A stretch of DNA of 64,000 bases. Origin: Candidatus Hydrogenedentota bacterium (GTDB lineage: Bacteria > Hydrogenedentota > Hydrogenedentia > Hydrogenedentales > SLHB01). Shown one piece after another: positions 30,449-40,640 of this stretch; position 1 is the first letter of the stretch, and the number at the start of each line of letters is the position of its first letter. The stretch is from positions 352,001 to 416,000 of the forward strand of contig CAXXYE010000004.1 in assembly GCA_963674865.2 (NCBI GenBank), read 5' to 3'. The notes under the pieces are model-generated. The model was given only the letters and a program-made list of their open reading frames with translations. It was not told where the DNA came from and searched no databases. The position numbers were made by a program, and so were the translations under genes.

Positions 30449-31613
30449 TATCCACTCCTCCTGATGGTAAACGGTGATCGGTGATGACGGGGTCCGCCGT
30501 TCCCTGGTAGTAATACGAAACGGCTTTTTCTCCGTCCAGGTAGACCTCTACGGTGACCTCCTCAAGGAAAGACAGATCCACCGTGATCTTTGTTCCCGAT
30601 GGATATTTCGGCGGCGCGCCGTTAACGAAGTCCTGCGGCAGAGGAAATAGCGTGCTCCTGCGACCATCCTTGTCGATGGCTACCATCCTCACCTCGCGGT
30701 CGTACCACGAGAACGGCACCTTGTACACAACCTTGACCTTGCGCTCCGTTGCGGCAGGGCGCGTCGCGACCGACATGCGCACATCGAATATCACTTGCTG
30801 GCCCTGGCGGACGAGCGTCCCCGGCGCCGGTTCCTGGGCCAGTACGATGTCATAAGCCGCCCCCGGCGCGTCTACCGGATTCGCGATCGCCTCCAGGCCC
30901 AATCCGGCCGCCACCTGCATGACTTCTTGCAGCGGCTTGCCCGCCCAGTCCGGCATAAGTGAGGCTCGGGAACCGAGGCCGTTGCTGACGAGAAGATGGA
31001 TCTCCGCACCGCGGCTCACATCCCTTCCGGGCGCCGGATCCTGGCCGATCACAGTGTCGGGCCGTGTTGCGTGGGCTATCCGCGCGTGCGTTCCTACGCG
31101 AAAATGACCTTCCTCAATGAGGTTGCGCGCCTCTTCAAGCGTCTTGTTGACAAGGTCCGGGGCCGGGACGTGAACCGTTCCCTTGCTGATAGTTGGGATG
31201 ATTTTTCTTCCCGCGCGCACCACGACTCCCGCGGTAGGGCGTTGCGCTATGACGTAGTGCTGCGGCATGTCATCGCTTACGATCTGTACGGCGCTCCGCA
31301 GGTCGAGGTCCAGGCCCTTCTCGATCAGGATGTCCGAGGCGTCAGTGATGTGGTATCCGACGACGTTGGGCACCGTTACGTATTCGCCTCCAGCCACCGC
31401 TTGGTTGAAGACGTAGTATCCCGCTCCCGCCATCACTGCCAGGAAGAAGATCGTTGCGAAGGTCCAGCGTACGCTCCACCACAGGAAATGGAATACGAAC
31501 AGGATAAAGCCTAGGACGCCTTCCGCAATCGCATCAAGAAGAAGCCGTCCAAACCCTCTTCGAGCGGGAGTGTTCGATACTGTCCCGGGCCGATTCTCCA
31601 CCGACTTAGCCAT
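30441..31613 (-). CDS. Membrane-anchored PASTA-domain protein (three PASTA repeats, no kinase domain)
   Basis: VPNVVG, APDLVN and MPDWAG starts, each followed by V(I/L)xQxP; N-terminal TM segments; start uncertain. Confidence 0.85.
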   Translation of the reverse strand: MAKSVENRPGTVSNTPARRGFGRLLLDAIAEGVLGFILFVFHFLWWSVRWTFATIFFLAVMAGAGYYVFNQAVAGGEYVTVPNVVGYHITDASDILIEKGLDLDLRSAVQIVSDDMPQHYVIAQRPTAGVVVRAGRKIIPTISKGTVHVPAPDLVNKTLEEARNLIEEGHFRVGTHARIAHATRPDTVIGQDPAPGRDVSRGAEIHLLVSNGLGSRASLMPDWAGKPLQEVMQVAAGLGLEAIANPVDAPGAAYDIVLAQEPAPGTLVRQGQQVIFDVRMSVATRPAATERKVKVVYKVPFSWYDREVRMVAIDKDGRRSTLFPLPQDFVNGAPPKYPSGTKITVDLSFLEEVTVEVYLDGEKAVSYYYQGTADPVITDHRLPSGGVDSA

Positions 31614-32842
31614 TCCGGTCCATCTTCAAAGGCGACCTCATTTCCTTTCAGTGCCTGCTCCGCCACAGCCTCTGTTTCTTCCGGGGAGAACGTGCAGACT
31701 GAGTACACGATAAGGCCCCCATTCTTGCAGAGCGCAATGCCTGACCGCAAGAGTGCGACCTGCAAACCGGCGAGCTTCTCAAAATCCTCAGGTTGCACGC
31801 GCCACTTTAAGTCGGGGTGCCTGCGCATCGTGCCCAGCCCCGTGCACGGGGGATCCACGAGCACCTTGTCGAAAGCTGCTCCAAAGGGCGGACGCGTGCC
31901 ATCGCCGCACACTCCTCGAACGTTCGACAGGCCAAGCCGGAAGGCGTTCTCCGCGAGCAGAGCCAGCCTGCCGCAATGGGAATCCATCGCCACCACGTCC
32001 GCTTCGCCCGAGGCCAACTGGGACAGGTGCGTTGCCTTGCCGCCGGGTGCGGCGCAGAGGTCTAATATCCTCTCGCCCGCCGTCGGTTCCATCAAATGAG
32101 CTGGAAGCATGGAAGCCGCGTCCTGCAATACGAAGTGCCCGGCCTGGAAAAACTTCGTGCGCACAGGGGGGACCGTACCCGAGACGGTGATTTCCTCGGG
32201 AACGGCGGTGCGCTTCTGTGCGGAGAAGCCCGACTTCGCCAGTGCTGCCGCGAGCGCCTCGGGCGTGGTTCTAATGGTATTGGCACGGAGCGTTGTGGGT
32301 GCTTCGGTATTGGATGCCTCGCACAGCCCTTGCCCTGTTTCCTCGCCGAACTCTGCAAGCCAACGCGCAACAAGCCACGACGGCATCGAGTAGCGAACGC
32401 TCAGATGGCGCTCGAGATCGCTCTCAGGATCGGGGAGCCGTACTTCCTCGATGCGTTCCGGCGCGCGCTTCAAGACGGCGTTCACCAGGCGCGCAGTGCC
32501 TGCGTGTCCTCGGCGCTTCGCCAGCTCGACCGAGGTGTGAACCATGGCGGGAGTCGTCACCTGGGTGCTGAAGAGCGACTGGAAGACACCCATCCGCAGG
32601 ATCGCGCGAATCGGCGCGGGCAGGTCGTCGAGCGGCTGATGGAGGACACCCGCAAGGACGTGATCCACCAGCAGTCTATGCCGCACCGTACCGTAGACAA
32701 GGTGAGTCAGAAAGCGGCGGCCGCGCTCGGATACCTGTCTGCGGCGTAAGCCTTTGTCAAGTGCCTCATCCAGATGCGCTCCGCGCTCGAAGACGCGCAG
32801 CAGCACGCCGATGGCGGCGTCGCGGACCAGGTCAACACTCAC
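31511..32842 (-). CDS. rsmB: 16S rRNA m5C967 methyltransferase RsmB
   Basis: NusB-like N-terminus, DLCAAPGGK, DPPCTG and YSVCT motifs; GTG start overlaps the fmt stop. Confidence 0.95.
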   Translation of the reverse strand: MSVDLVRDAAIGVLLRVFERGAHLDEALDKGLRRRQVSERGRRFLTHLVYGTVRHRLLVDHVLAGVLHQPLDDLPAPIRAILRMGVFQSLFSTQVTTPAMVHTSVELAKRRGHAGTARLVNAVLKRAPERIEEVRLPDPESDLERHLSVRYSMPSWLVARWLAEFGEETGQGLCEASNTEAPTTLRANTIRTTPEALAAALAKSGFSAQKRTAVPEEITVSGTVPPVRTKFFQAGHFVLQDAASMLPAHLMEPTAGERILDLCAAPGGKATHLSQLASGEADVVAMDSHCGRLALLAENAFRLGLSNVRGVCGDGTRPPFGAAFDKVLVDPPCTGLGTMRRHPDLKWRVQPEDFEKLAGLQVALLRSGIALCKNGGLIVYSVCTFSPEETEAVAEQALKGNEVAFEDGPEWLSRWRIGPGQYRTLPLEEGLDGFFLMRLRKAS

Positions 32843-33776
32843 CCGTAATATCCTCGAATCGATCGCCGCGTGCGATGGTGTGGCCCCGAAGGAAATCGGC
32901 AACGGACATGGCGCGTTTCCCGGGCATCTGGATCACGCGGACACCCAGGAGCCCCGCGCCCGTTGCCACACAGAGCCGTTCGTTTTCGACGCGCACGACC
33001 GTGCCCGGGGGGGCGGCTGGCGCTTCCGCGATCACCGCCGTCTCATGGACACGGCACACTTCGCCCGCGAATATGCAGTGCGCTACCGGCCACGGGATCA
33101 TTGCCCGCACGAGATTATGGATGTCTTGCGCGGACGCCGCCCAGTGAATGCGCCCGTCCGACTTTTCAAAACGCTTCGTCAGGGTGGCCTGGGAGTGTTC
33201 TTGGGGCGTGAAGACGGCCTGGTTGGACGCAACCAGCGCCAAGCCCCGCACCAACAATTCGGCCCCCAGAGTCCCGAGGCGCACGCTCAAAGAGGAGGTC
33301 GTGTCGTCTGACGCGATCGGCAGCTCCTCGCGAAGCAGGATATCTCCTGTGTCCATCCCTGCATCCATTCGCATGATCGTCACGCCTGTGACGCTATCCC
33401 CATTCAGGATAGCCGTGGGAATGGGGGACATGCCGCGATATTTCGGGAGCAGGCTCGGATGAACATTTAAGAAACCGTGCGGCGGGACGTCCAAAATGGG
33501 CTGTTTCAGGATTCGCCCGTATGCGCATAGACAGCAGACATCGGGGCGTTGTGTCTTGAGCCACGCCTCGAAGGCGCCGTCGTTAAGCTTGACCGGTTGT
33601 GCTACTTCGATGCCGTGCTCGAGTGCCCATCTCTTCGTAGGAGGCTGGGCGGGTTTTCCGCTGCGCCCCTTCGGGCGGTCCGGCTGGCACACGACGGCCG
33701 TTACGTCATGGTTTGGCGCTACGGTTTCCAGCGATGGGACCGCCAGTTCAGGTGTTCCAAAAAAGACTACGCGCAC
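32832..33776 (-). CDS. fmt: Methionyl-tRNA formyltransferase
   Basis: FFGTPE, NVHPSLLPKYRG and MDTGD motifs. Confidence 0.97.
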   Translation of the reverse strand: MRVVFFGTPELAVPSLETVAPNHDVTAVVCQPDRPKGRSGKPAQPPTKRWALEHGIEVAQPVKLNDGAFEAWLKTQRPDVCCLCAYGRILKQPILDVPPHGFLNVHPSLLPKYRGMSPIPTAILNGDSVTGVTIMRMDAGMDTGDILLREELPIASDDTTSSLSVRLGTLGAELLVRGLALVASNQAVFTPQEHSQATLTKRFEKSDGRIHWAASAQDIHNLVRAMIPWPVAHCIFAGEVCRVHETAVIAEAPAAPPGTVVRVENERLCVATGAGLLGVRVIQMPGKRAMSVADFLRGHTIARGDRFEDITGEC

Positions 33777-33788
33777 TAGACTATGAAC

Positions 33789-34124
33789 CTAGATTAACCC
33801 GGGGATATCGATACCCCCTGTCAATTCGCGCATCTTGCTCTTCACCAGCTCCTGGACTTGAACGATCCCTTCGTTGAGCGCGGCGCGAATAAGTGTCTCC
33901 AACATCTCCGGGTCCTCTTTGTCGATCACCTCCGGGTCAATCTTCAGGGAGAGGACCTCGAAGTTGCCTCGCATAGCGACGCTTACCATGCCGCCCCCTG
34001 CTGATACCTCCACTGTCTCGTCGGCGAGCCGCTCCTTTAGCTCCTCGATCTTTCCTTTGACCTCCATGGCCTGTTTGAGCATGTTGGAAAGATCGCCAAG
34101 ACTCCCTAATCCTTTTGGAAACAC
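33789..34124 (-). CDS. ybaB: YbaB/EbfC nucleoid-associated protein
   Basis: SAGGGMVSV and IDPE...D.EMLE motifs. Confidence 0.92.
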   Translation of the reverse strand: MFPKGLGSLGDLSNMLKQAMEVKGKIEELKERLADETVEVSAGGGMVSVAMRGNFEVLSLKIDPEVIDKEDPEMLETLIRAALNEGIVQVQELVKSKMRELTGGIDIPGLI

Positions 34125-34325
34125 GGCAGCTCCTCCGGCATTTTTGCGGGGCCACGACCCAATCGCGGCATAGGTGGGGGAGTATACCTATCAGTCGGAA
34201 CGACCCGCAAGAACGGAATCGGCATCCCTGAATAGACGGGAAAGCAGTTTGACAAGTGCGCCCAGGTTGCGATATAGCCCCGTCGTGGAAGGCAGAGCAT
34301 TGACGGATCGAGAAGGAGTCGAGCC

Positions 34326-34685
34326 ATGAAGATAAAGCAAGATGCAGAGGTCCCGGCATCCGCTGTTACATTGCCCGGGGCGGAAAAAGTCACCATGCAG
34401 GTGCTGCTTGGGCCGGACGACGATTCGGACGACATCATCATGCGTCTGTTCACCGTTGCCCCGGGGGGATGTACTCCGTATCACACCCATGACTATGAGC
34501 ACCTTGTGCGCATTCTTGGGGGGCGGGGGAGAGCCGTCGATGAGAGTGGAGCGGAGTACGAGCTGGCCACCGGCCAGAGCATGTTCGTCGTTCCCAACGA
34601 GAGGCATCAGTTCACCAATCCTTACGACGAGCCCTTCGAGTTCACGTGTACCATTCCTAATCCCGAGAAAAGGAAGGGTTGCTGA
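34326..34685 (+). CDS. Cupin domain protein
   Basis: TPYHTHDYEH and PNERHQF cupin motifs. Confidence 0.9.
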   Translation: MKIKQDAEVPASAVTLPGAEKVTMQVLLGPDDDSDDIIMRLFTVAPGGCTPYHTHDYEHLVRILGGRGRAVDESGAEYELATGQSMFVVPNERHQFTNPYDEPFEFTCTIPNPEKRKGC

Positions 34686-34881
34686 CCCGAGGGTGGCAGA
34701 TGGCTTGCAGCGCGGAATAGTAGGTAGGCTGGAATCCCGCGATGCGCGCGCCTGCTGTGACAATTTGTGTCACTTTTTGCACTTCCACGTCATGCCTTAG
34801 AGGGCCCTGCTGCGTTCTTTCTGGCTCGGTTGTTCTCGCAAGTCTTGTCATAATAATGAGTTGACAGATCTTGTCCGTGCG

Positions 34882-34896
34882 TGGCACACTTGTTGC
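34882..34896 (+). promoter_or_regulatory. Putative sigma54 -24/-12 promoter
   Basis: TGGCAC-ACTTG-TTGC in an intergenic region, with palindromes GTGACA-N5-TGTCAC (~34757) and TGTCA-N11-TGACA (~34846) upstream. Confidence 0.65.
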
Positions 34897-35185
34897 GCTT
34901 CCTTCCGTTGCGGGCTATTGAGGTAAGGTGGCCGAAGGCGGCTCAGGAGATTGAGACTGGGCCGCCGGAAGCGAATGTAGAGGCCGCTGGCCAGAGTTGG
35001 CAAGTGAGTTCGTGCTTCCATGGCCGGCAGGGATTATGGGACCCGGTATCAGGAGGGCCCGCCTGGGCACGGGTGTTTGAGGCAATGAGGCAATCAAGTC
35101 TCAGATTGCCGGCAAGGCTGCAGTTTCTTTAGAGATGTACACACGCCACAGGTGTGCTGTGCGTCTGCAACGAGGGAGCAGGTTC

Positions 35186-35962
35186 ATGTTGGCTAGAGTG
35201 CTCGCAGTAGTACTTACCGATGTCCTCCTGTACATTCTCCTTCGCTTGCTGCTCAACTCCCCGTTCACCGAAGGGCGGGGTAGACTGCCCCTTTCCATGG
35301 CCACTTTGGTGTGCATTATGGCTTTGTTCGCCCATGCGGGCGTCAGTCAGGCCGCGGTAGCCTACGCCGCGCTCAATCACGAGCTGCTCTTCGCGATCGT
35401 CTGCGCCGTTCTAGGGGCGGTATTCCTGCTTTCGGCCTTCTTACCGATGTTGACGAACAGCCTTGCCAGTACGACCGTCGACGCGGCTTTTGGAGGAATG
35501 AACGCTAACAATCAGCCTATGCGCCTGGCATCGGACCTTAGTCGCGCCCGGCTCTTCGCCGACAATAACGACATTGATGCCGCCGTCCGCGAATATCGGC
35601 GATATTTCAATAGCGAGCCGGGAAACGCCGAACCGCTTTTGCAGGCTGCCCATCTCTTGCGGCAGGCCAAGCGTCACGATGAGGCTCTCGAGATGTTTCG
35701 GGAGGCTCTGCCTCTTGCATGGCATAACACCGCCGCCTGGTCGGGCGCCGCCTTCCATCTCGCCGACCTCCTATTGCGCCAATACTCGGACATCCAGGGC
35801 GCCCGTCATCTCCTTCGTGAGATTGTCCACCGCGTGCCCGATTCTCCCCTTGGGCGTCACGTATCCCTGAGGCTGCTCCAACCCCCGTTCACCCCGGCTT
35901 CCGCCGACCAGCCCTCCGGGGGGGCCGCGCCTGCTGTCCCCGGCGTCTATCCCGGCCTTTAG
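35186..35962 (+). CDS. Membrane protein with C-terminal TPR repeats
   Basis: N-terminal hydrophobic helices followed by TPR-like helical repeats. Confidence 0.7.
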   Translation: MLARVLAVVLTDVLLYILLRLLLNSPFTEGRGRLPLSMATLVCIMALFAHAGVSQAAVAYAALNHELLFAIVCAVLGAVFLLSAFLPMLTNSLASTTVDAAFGGMNANNQPMRLASDLSRARLFADNNDIDAAVREYRRYFNSEPGNAEPLLQAAHLLRQAKRHDEALEMFREALPLAWHNTAAWSGAAFHLADLLLRQYSDIQGARHLLREIVHRVPDSPLGRHVSLRLLQPPFTPASADQPSGGAAPAVPGVYPGL

Positions 35963-37962
35963 TTCTCCCTTGCTTCGGTGCCCGTGCCTTCGGCCGGATT
36001 CAACACCTTCCGCCAATGCGCGAGCTTGTCCCTTATCTCCTTCGTAATCCATTCGTTGTACATGTAGTAGTAGTCGCCCTCTTTGATCCTGGCTTCCCGG
36101 GCTTTTCCGAGCGCGGTATCAAATTGCACGACGGTTTGCTCCAAGTCGGCTACACCTTGCTCAAGGGAATCCATCGAAGCCGTGCTCAAATACCCCCCGA
36201 TGTGGTTTGCCGCCTCTTGCTGATACAGCATCGCCCGGACCTCGGCCGCCTCAAACTGCGAACGCTTGACCTCGCTCACGGCCAGTACTCTTACGCGTTC
36301 AGGCCAATCAGGTGACACAGCCTCAGCCAATGCCGCTGCTGACTCCGCCAGGTTCTTTGACCCTTTGCGATATATGGTCGCCATCTCCTGTCCCACAGGC
36401 GCGGTCGTTTCGGGAATCCATCGATAATCCGCCCAAAGGTGGCCTTCATGTTCCCATCGCATGACATGAGCGAACACAGCCGCCCGCTCCGAGAGGTAGT
36501 GAATCCATGGCTCGGGATCCTCAGGCAGTATCCGACTCGCCAGGGCTTCGATGAATCCGTCTGCCGTCATTTCGGCATCCCACATGCCCCGCGCGAATAC
36601 AAGCAGGTTGGTCATCATGAGAATCGGTACGAAGCTGGTGCCGACCTGAAGGCAGATGTGGGATTCGATGCCGTGCTCCTCGTAGACGCCCATATCATCG
36701 AGGATGACCCTAGGTAGAAAAGGATACAGGCCTCGGAAAAGGACGCGATCCAGGTAATACTCAAAGGTGTGCGCGTCATCGATCCCGGCAAATTGCTCTA
36801 CCCATTCCTCCAAAGCTCCTAGATGCGTCCGGTTGACACAACACGAAGGATCGTCGAGGGCGTGTCCGTAGCATCTTGTTCGTGGCGCGTACAGCAGGAA
36901 AGACTCCGGGGGAGGCTGAATCTTGCCCCCGGGAAACAAGGTGTCGTGATAGACGAGCATCGGCACGCGCATCGGCAGTTCCTCATCGCGCACGACCTCT
37001 GCAAGGATTCGCATCGCCTGCATGGCCTGATCCGAGGCCACGAACGAGCGGCACGTCGGGCACTGACACCAGCCCCCTCCCGGCAGGTCCTCAGGCCACG
37101 CGTGCCACGCGTAGACTCCCTCCGCCGAAAGCTCCTTCAACTTCTCGCGGTAATTCTCCTGGATGATACGCTTTGCCTCGCGACTGGCAACGCAGAAGTT
37201 GTAGTCGCTCACCCGCTTCCCGAAGAAATCCGAGGGAAGGTCCATGCGGTAGATATCGGGATTCTCTTCCAGGCGGCCCCTCGGGAGCAGGGTGTCAAGA
37301 TCATGGCCGCCTATCTCGATGCGGAGTCCAAGTCTCTCGGCTAGTTCGCGGTCCGTCGGCTGACAAAGAGCGTTAAAGCGTACCTTGGCGTAGAACGACG
37401 CCCACTCCTCACTCGAGGAGCCGTTGAAGATGCCTCGATGCGGGAAGCGTGGATTGACGAGGGCCCTGCCCGGTTGAAGGGCCATGGGTCTCCCGTTGAG
37501 GGGCGGCCATTCACCCTCAGGGCCCGGATAGAGGAAAAGGTAGCCAAGCCGTTCTGCGAGTTCGTAAACAGCGTTAAGAATACCCTTCGGCGTCGTCGCA
37601 CTCAGGACGACGCCACGGGGCGATACATCCAGTAAGAAACCGTCGGCCACGATGCCTTCCGGCACACCGGGCGAGGTGGGCGAGAGGGCGCCACCATCGG
37701 GCCGTAGCTCCAGACGCCAACCGAAGGCGTCGTCCGCCGCGGCGACGACGTTGGATTCAACTCCCAATCCCTCGAGCAACCGCGTCAATTCAGACACCGC
37801 GTATTCGTAACAAGACGAGCCGGAGGCCGGGGAGCGCAAGACGGCTATGGCGGATGGCAAAACAACAGCCGTGTCGCTGGAGCCGGACACGGTGCTCTCA
37901 TCCGCCCAGCCGCCGACGCACAATGTCAAACTCGCCAAAATCAAGACCACGCGTGATGACAT
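35959..37962 (-). CDS. Secreted DUF4838-like (GH20/GH67 N-terminal-like) protein
   Basis: Signal peptide, GILNAVYELAERLG, P.FPHRG, WCQCPTC and CYGH motifs. Confidence 0.75.
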   Translation of the reverse strand: MSSRVVLILASLTLCVGGWADESTVSGSSDTAVVLPSAIAVLRSPASGSSCYEYAVSELTRLLEGLGVESNVVAAADDAFGWRLELRPDGGALSPTSPGVPEGIVADGFLLDVSPRGVVLSATTPKGILNAVYELAERLGYLFLYPGPEGEWPPLNGRPMALQPGRALVNPRFPHRGIFNGSSSEEWASFYAKVRFNALCQPTDRELAERLGLRIEIGGHDLDTLLPRGRLEENPDIYRMDLPSDFFGKRVSDYNFCVASREAKRIIQENYREKLKELSAEGVYAWHAWPEDLPGGGWCQCPTCRSFVASDQAMQAMRILAEVVRDEELPMRVPMLVYHDTLFPGGKIQPPPESFLLYAPRTRCYGHALDDPSCCVNRTHLGALEEWVEQFAGIDDAHTFEYYLDRVLFRGLYPFLPRVILDDMGVYEEHGIESHICLQVGTSFVPILMMTNLLVFARGMWDAEMTADGFIEALASRILPEDPEPWIHYLSERAAVFAHVMRWEHEGHLWADYRWIPETTAPVGQEMATIYRKGSKNLAESAAALAEAVSPDWPERVRVLAVSEVKRSQFEAAEVRAMLYQQEAANHIGGYLSTASMDSLEQGVADLEQTVVQFDTALGKAREARIKEGDYYYMYNEWITKEIRDKLAHWRKVLNPAEGTGTEAREN

Positions 37963-38060
37963 GACTACTCCCCTCCTGCGATGTTTCGATTGAACCACTG
38001 CCTTCCCGAACAAAGGATATCGATTCGTTGGGGGAGCGGCGGCGCCGGTGGTGAACGGAA

Positions 38061-38357
38061 TCACTTCTCCTGCGGCGCAAGCCGCTTGTTCAGCCGGTAG
38101 ACAAACGCAAGGATCTCGGCTACAGCGCGATAGAGTTCCCCAGGAATCTCCGTATTGACATCAAGTTTGGAGAGGACGGCCACAAGGTCGGGGTCCTCAT
38201 AGACGTGCAGGCCGTGCTCATGGGCGATCTCGATAATGCGTTCCGCCAATAGTCCGGCCCCCTTGGCCACCACCCGGGGCGCCTGCTCCTTTTCCTGGTC
38301 ATAGCGCAGCCCAATGGCTTTGCGCCGGTGTTCCGCCTCGTGCTCAGGGGATGTCAT
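38061..38357 (-). CDS. FlhB C-terminal-like export switch protein (EscU/YscU/HrcU family, FlhX type)
   Basis: AIGLRY...APRVVAKG...IPGELYRAVAEILAFVY. Confidence 0.9.
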   Translation of the reverse strand: MTSPEHEAEHRRKAIGLRYDQEKEQAPRVVAKGAGLLAERIIEIAHEHGLHVYEDPDLVAVLSKLDVNTEIPGELYRAVAEILAFVYRLNKRLAPQEK

Positions 38358-39559
38358 ACGCTTGCCTCGAAAGGCCGGAACCGGCGCATGAGCCCGGCGG
38401 CGGCGGCGAATCTGTCCCCGTCCCATCCCTCGACCCGCACCTTCGCTCCAGGATAGCCTGCGTCCGCCAGGGAGTCGACCAAGTCAGCGGTGGCGGACTC
38501 GATGGCCTTCACCGCGGCCGGCCTATCAACCCGAAACCAACAGCTACAGTGCCCTTGTGTTATCTTCACGCTAATCCACAGACTGCCCAACTGGGTCGTA
38601 GCGAGGTCAAGAATCACCGTGGCGTTGGCTGGGTCAAACCGTCGGCCGCCTTTCTCCTCACCGAAGAAATGCACTTGTGCGTGGGTGATGGGACTGCCGG
38701 CCCCAAAGGGCAATTCCAGAAAGAGGTAAGGCTGCTCGAATGAGCGCAGATTCTGGAGCGCCTGGCCCGAGAAGCGGGCGTGGATGCGGCTCATTGCCTC
38801 TCGAAAGGCGGTTTCTTCGCCCGCGTTGCGTAAGAATCGGCCCAGTCCCTCATGTTCCCGCAGTTGGGCCGCTAGAGCCCGGATGTCCGCGGAGAGCTCA
38901 TCCAGGAGGTCTTCCAGCGTGCCGGAGGCCGCCGCGGCCGCGATACGAGCCGCCAGTGACTTGCCGCTTCTCGATGCGGCCTGCCGCAAGACCCGGTCGA
39001 AGTCGCGCGGATCGGATGCGAAGAGGCGGGCGAGCGCTTCCGCGAACGCTCGGGCCAGTTCCCGGGGAACGACACCCGCCGCCGCGGCGCGTGCCAATGC
39101 CGATGAGACGGCGTCTAGGTCTTCCGCCAGGGAATCCCAAGCGGCAAAAAGGGCCAGCAAGTCGCGGACGGCGGCTCCATTCGTGGGCAGATTGCGTGGG
39201 AGCAGGCGGGGAGCCAAGTCCGCCGCATGCAGCATGCCCAGTGTCTCGAGCGCGGTGGCAACGGCTGTGCCCAGAGCGGCGGGAGCACCCGAATCTCCGG
39301 CGGGGACATTCTGAGGGGATACCTGGAGTTGCAGGACTTGTCCCTCTTGTACAACCTGCGCTGTGACGTTCTGCCCGGGCTGAAGACCACCATCGGCGGG
39401 AATAGGAATTCGGAGGGCGCCGACTTGAATGGAAAGGGCGTCGCCTCGCGCCTGGACTGTGGTTTGAAACACCTGCCCGGGCCGTAGGCTCGATGTCACT
39501 GAACCTTCGAGCCTTACCAGTGTGGCAGAGGGGAAGTCGACGCTGCCCGCTCCCGCCAC
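38354..39559 (-). CDS. Flagellar hook-length control protein FliK-like
   Basis: C-terminal LDLATTQLGSLWISV domain; directly upstream of the FlhB-like gene with an ATGA overlap. Confidence 0.7.
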   Translation of the reverse strand: MAGAGSVDFPSATLVRLEGSVTSSLRPGQVFQTTVQARGDALSIQVGALRIPIPADGGLQPGQNVTAQVVQEGQVLQLQVSPQNVPAGDSGAPAALGTAVATALETLGMLHAADLAPRLLPRNLPTNGAAVRDLLALFAAWDSLAEDLDAVSSALARAAAAGVVPRELARAFAEALARLFASDPRDFDRVLRQAASRSGKSLAARIAAAAASGTLEDLLDELSADIRALAAQLREHEGLGRFLRNAGEETAFREAMSRIHARFSGQALQNLRSFEQPYLFLELPFGAGSPITHAQVHFFGEEKGGRRFDPANATVILDLATTQLGSLWISVKITQGHCSCWFRVDRPAAVKAIESATADLVDSLADAGYPGAKVRVEGWDGDRFAAAAGLMRRFRPFEASV

Positions 39560-39560
39560 G

Positions 39561-40433
39561 TCAACGCTCCTTGTCCTTGCGCAGGCTGAGGATAAGGCGT
39601 ACTTCTCCCTTGGGGACGCCTAGCTCACGAGCGATTTGCGGCACGCTCATTCCGGCATCGCTATACTCGTACACCCGAGCCTGCACCGGCGTGACGCCGC
39701 CACGTCCGCTTGCTCGTTGTTTCGGCGACGGCCCGGGTCCTGCCGGATGGGTAGCCGAGGGTGGAGGGCCCTCGCCCATATCCAGAAGGGCTTTGAAGGC
39801 TTGGCGCGCGGCAGCGGGATCCTCCGGGGCCTCAGGAAGCGGTTCCACTTCCTCCAGCGCGTAGGGATCGCTTCGCGCCTCGCCAAGGTCCAGGCCGACC
39901 CAAGCGTCAAAGTCATCCTCCGCATCGCCGTTCTCTTGAGGGCGAACCACCACTTCCAAGCCCGGCCCGGTTGGCTGGGCGTCGTCGAGATTCAGCGCGG
40001 GGGGGGGCGGCGTGCCGTGTTCGACAGGTTCCTCCGAGATAGCCTGCTCCCCGGGAATGGCCGTGGACGGCTCTTTCACGTATCCGACCTGCCTCTGAAC
40101 GCTGGCCAGTTCCTCCCGGATGTCCTCCAGCTGACGCGTGAGAGTTCGCTGTTGGGCCACGAGCCGCTGGTGGGTATCCAGCGTTTCGCTAATGGCCTTA
40201 CGGATAATGGCGACCTTCTTGTCCAGGGTGGCGTTGAGGTTGCGGGCGAGTTCCTTCTGCTGGCGCACCAGATCGCGCATGGTCTGGAATAGGATGATCA
40301 TGTTGGTGAGGTCGTCTTGACGCTCACTGGTGAGACGGTTCGTAACGTGTTGCTCACGTTTGTAAAGGACGTAAAGGAGGAATAGGGCTACCCCTAGCGA
40401 CGCTGTCCCCAGGGAGATCAGGACGTCGGCCAT
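39561..40433 (-). CDS. Flagellar-cluster protein (TM, coiled coil, C-terminal HTH; DUF6115/DUF2802-like)
   Basis: C-terminal GMSVPQIARELGVPKGEVRLIL; located downstream of fliA. Confidence 0.7.
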   Translation of the reverse strand: MADVLISLGTASLGVALFLLYVLYKREQHVTNRLTSERQDDLTNMIILFQTMRDLVRQQKELARNLNATLDKKVAIIRKAISETLDTHQRLVAQQRTLTRQLEDIREELASVQRQVGYVKEPSTAIPGEQAISEEPVEHGTPPPPALNLDDAQPTGPGLEVVVRPQENGDAEDDFDAWVGLDLGEARSDPYALEEVEPLPEAPEDPAAARQAFKALLDMGEGPPPSATHPAGPGPSPKQRASGRGGVTPVQARVYEYSDAGMSVPQIARELGVPKGEVRLILSLRKDKER

Positions 40434-40640
40434 AGTTCCCCTTCTCCTCGAACATGCTTCCGGGCCAGGGGCTTGCCCAATTGCTGCCCCTCCGGTCGCA
40501 CTGCTTCGGCCCGGCGCCTACGAAGACGCGCCGTACCCGTCCTGTGCCGTGGATTGTCCAGGCTGTCATCCTACCGAAGGCGGCCGACACGTTTCCTAAG
40601 AGTCCGGCGGGCTTCGGATCAGGCTGTAGCCTCGCGCGGG

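Noticed and set aside
34125..34325. SRP RNA or tRNA upstream of ybaB
   Set aside because: No SRP domain IV motif or cloverleaf was recognised, only a promoter-like TTGACA for the cupin gene.
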